Shown here: positions 61,512-64,000 of the stretch, piece by piece | How positions within the stretch are numbered: the first letter of the stretch is position 1 | Layout: the number at the start of each line of letters is the position of its first letter | NCBI GenBank assembly: GCA_048128005.1 | Contig: JBEUKZ010000104.1 | Span: forward strand, 62,001 to 126,000 | Length of the DNA stretch: 64,000 bases | Origin: Veleropilina oligotropha | Taxonomy: Eukaryota | Direction of reading: 5' to 3' | Translations under genes and position numbers: made by a program | The notes under the pieces: generated by a model | Told to the model about the DNA's origin: nothing | The model's input: the letters and a program-made list of their open reading frames with translations, nothing else | Database searches by the model: none

Positions 61512-61674
61512 ATAGAGTATTCAATGTTATGTCTGAAATATTAAATATATTTTGTCTCATGAACTATATCCTAGCCGATTCACTCAAGGCTTCAGGCCTT
61601 TCATGAATGTGCTAGGAAATATTTCACTCGACAAAATATATTTAATATTTCTGACATACCATCAAATACTCTAT
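61512..61674. repeat. Palindromic MITE-like element
   Basis: ATAGAGTATT...GAAATATTAAATATATTTTGTC is the inverse of GACAAAATATATTTAATATTTC...AATACTCTAT. Confidence 0.7.
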
Positions 61675-61941
61675 ATATCACAACTTGGTTGATCGAGAAC
61701 GTAGTCACTTTTCGACGTGGTGCCCACCTAAAAATGTATTAATGGTCATGAAAATCGTGTCACAACCATGTAAATGAGACACTTAATACACAACTAGTAT
61801 AGCTAAAATCAACCGTAAATCATAGAGTAGTAAAGATATATTATATTCGTCTAATATTTGCGACATACGTCGCTGGGCACACAAGAATTATGATAAGGCT
61901 TTCCTGAGTGCGATCGCAAAGCAGGTAGTAAATAAATTTAC

Positions 61942-62508
61942 CTTGAAAATCGAATGTGCTTCACTCAGTGTCACAATGTCATGTTTTTTGTGACCGCTAA
62001 CATCTGCCGCCGATATGAGATCGTCGCAATCTGAGCAGTACATATTTCTATCGTCGGCCTTCGTATCCTCTTTAAGTTTGAAATTTTCATCAATGTTTAC
62101 AATCTTATGTTTTCCGAGTTTACCACTCATTGGATGACAAGTGTTGAAGCACGTTTCGCAATACATCGTTTCGCAATCGGAACAAAATCGCTCGGCCGAC
62201 TTTTGTAAGTCACAAATTTCACAAAAATACGTCTGACCTGTTGTATCTTGTCCTCTTGTTTCCAAAATAAACAACTGAACCAGACTGTTGAGATCATAGT
62301 TCTTAGGAAATGATGCCGGACCACCATTTTCAGAACTTGATTCAGCCTGGCATATAGGACACTTTATTATGCTTTTCGTAGAACTTTTATTCTGCACATC
62401 TAACAAACATTTCAAACAATAAGAGTGTCCACAGGGCAAGAAGCGAGGATCATGATATAATTCCAGGCAGACGGCACAAGAAAGGTTGTTCTCGTAAGAG
62501 GACGCCAT
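61942..62508 (-). CDS. TRIM/RBCC E3 ubiquitin ligase-like gene, coding exon 1 (RING, B-box1, degenerate B-box2)
   Basis: GCCATGG start; C3HC4 RING (CAVC..PCGHSYCLKC..CPIC); B-box1 (CEIC..FCSDC..YCETC..H..H); donor AAG|GTAAAT at 61941; 189 codons. Confidence 0.93.
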
Positions 62509-62729
62509 GGCCGTTTTCCGTCTGAAAGTAAATTGTAATAATTATTCATTGTGTGAGACTAACTGTGCACGTCCATCAGATAAAATATCATTGACATAAT
62601 TGCCTATAGCGCTGTGTGGTCGGACGGCTAGCGTTTCCAATTCAAACACATTGATATAATAAAGTAACGTATATGATACATAATACGCCCACGCAATTTG
62701 CAGCTAGTTGGAATAGGCTTCTTCTTTGT

Positions 62730-63390
62730 CTAAACATCAGACACCTTAATTCAAAATTCGATGAATTGAATCTTGTCATAAATGATAAAAGGTCAGTAGA
62801 CATTCTTGGTATTTGTGAAACTTTTCTCACAGACATCACTGAAAATAGCAATATTGACATAACTGGCTTTCAATTTGAGAGACGTGATAGGATGATTGGA
62901 GGCGGAGGGGGCATAGTGGTTTATATTGCAAACCACGTCATATATAAACGACGAACTGACCTTGAAATTAGTGCTATTGAAAGTATATGGATTGAGGCCA
63001 AGCTGCCATGTACAAAGCCTCTGTTGTACTGTTCTATTTATAGACCTCCAAATTCAGCATCTAGCTGGATTTAACAGTTTGAATTGGAACTGGCCAATGC
63101 TTTAAATCTAGATGATATTGAAATAATTATTACTGGTGATTTCAACGTTGATTATTCTAAATCACCCCCGCAAAAATGGTTACAATGTTTTGAACTTTAT
63201 GATTTTAATCAAATAATTACTACCCCCACTAGAATTACCAAGGATTCACAGACTATTATTGATCATATTTACACCAATAAACCTGAAAATATCCATGAAA
63301 TAAGTGTCCCTGTGTATGCAATAAGTGATCATTATCCTGTGTGTGCAACAAGGGCCACCCAGTTGCCTACAAAGAAGTCAAGTCATACTG
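62730..63390 (+). pseudogene. Non-LTR retrotransposon (CR1/L2-like) APE endonuclease remnant
   Basis: LNIR, ICETFL, RRDR..GGG, YRPP, GDFN, IDHIYTN, SDH motifs; in-frame TAA at 63072-63074; no RT follows. Confidence 0.88.
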
Positions 63391-64000
63391 AGTGATTGAA
63401 TCAAATGCAGACGTTCCTAAATAAAAAATATTTTTGTCATCCATAAAGCATTATCAGAATTAAATTCAGTATATTTATTTTGTGTATACTGAAATTCGTA
63501 CAGTATTACCACAAAAGAAATGGGTTACAAATGACGCTGACAACATGTAAACAAGCACTGAAATAGGTCAGCGCTAAAGAAGCAAATTTGTTACTCTTGT
63601 GACGTCACATCAGGGATTGACACAGCTGGGCGTTCGCACTTCGTTTTTATGAGGCGGATAACAAAAATCGTTATAACTATTAAATTGTATAACATATTTA
63701 AAGATGCACATATGCAATATGTAAGTTACATAATGGTGTATTAGAATAACTAGAGACTAGAACTCATTCAACTAACACTTTAAGAGATGGACGTCAGGGA
63801 AGGCACGCGCGGCAGGATGCGAAGCTCTATATTAACCACAAATCAATAATGACATTATAATAAAAGGCGTAAAATATGTGCCTAATAACGATATCAAATA
63901 ATTATAATATGAACACACACGCGGTCCGTCACCGATTCAATTCAAAGCCTACCGAACAACGTGACAGAACTCTGATCTTCGATGGCAGACCCGTACTACG

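Overview
Eukaryotic animal genomic DNA; the repeat types suggest a mollusc-like invertebrate (inference). A minus-strand TRIM/RBCC gene starts at 62508 with a RING + B-box exon. Five further frame-consistent predicted exons lie at 23607-16857, separated from exon 1 by a ~38 kb transposon-filled intron. Five DIRS-type tyrosine-recombinase retrotransposons from two families, all on the minus strand, dominate the window: an apparently intact copy (A3, 29452-36894), a young internally deleted copy (A4, 43284-49920) nested in an older second-family element (B, 40785-55358), and two decayed copies (A1, A2). Also present: a Sola2-like foldback element, a Tc1 element, tRNA-derived SINEs, HINE/Pearl-like elements with ~166-170 bp arrays, MITEs, three minisatellites and a LINE endonuclease remnant. 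Main observation: in all five DIRS copies gag ends at an invariant CCC-UAG-GG. Pol continues from it in the +1 frame and the ~1000-codon recombinase ORF continues in the 0 frame, neither with a nearby AUG. This suggests a three-way recoding switch (stop, +1 frameshift, readthrough). It is a hypothesis and has not been tested. Comparisons were made by eye.
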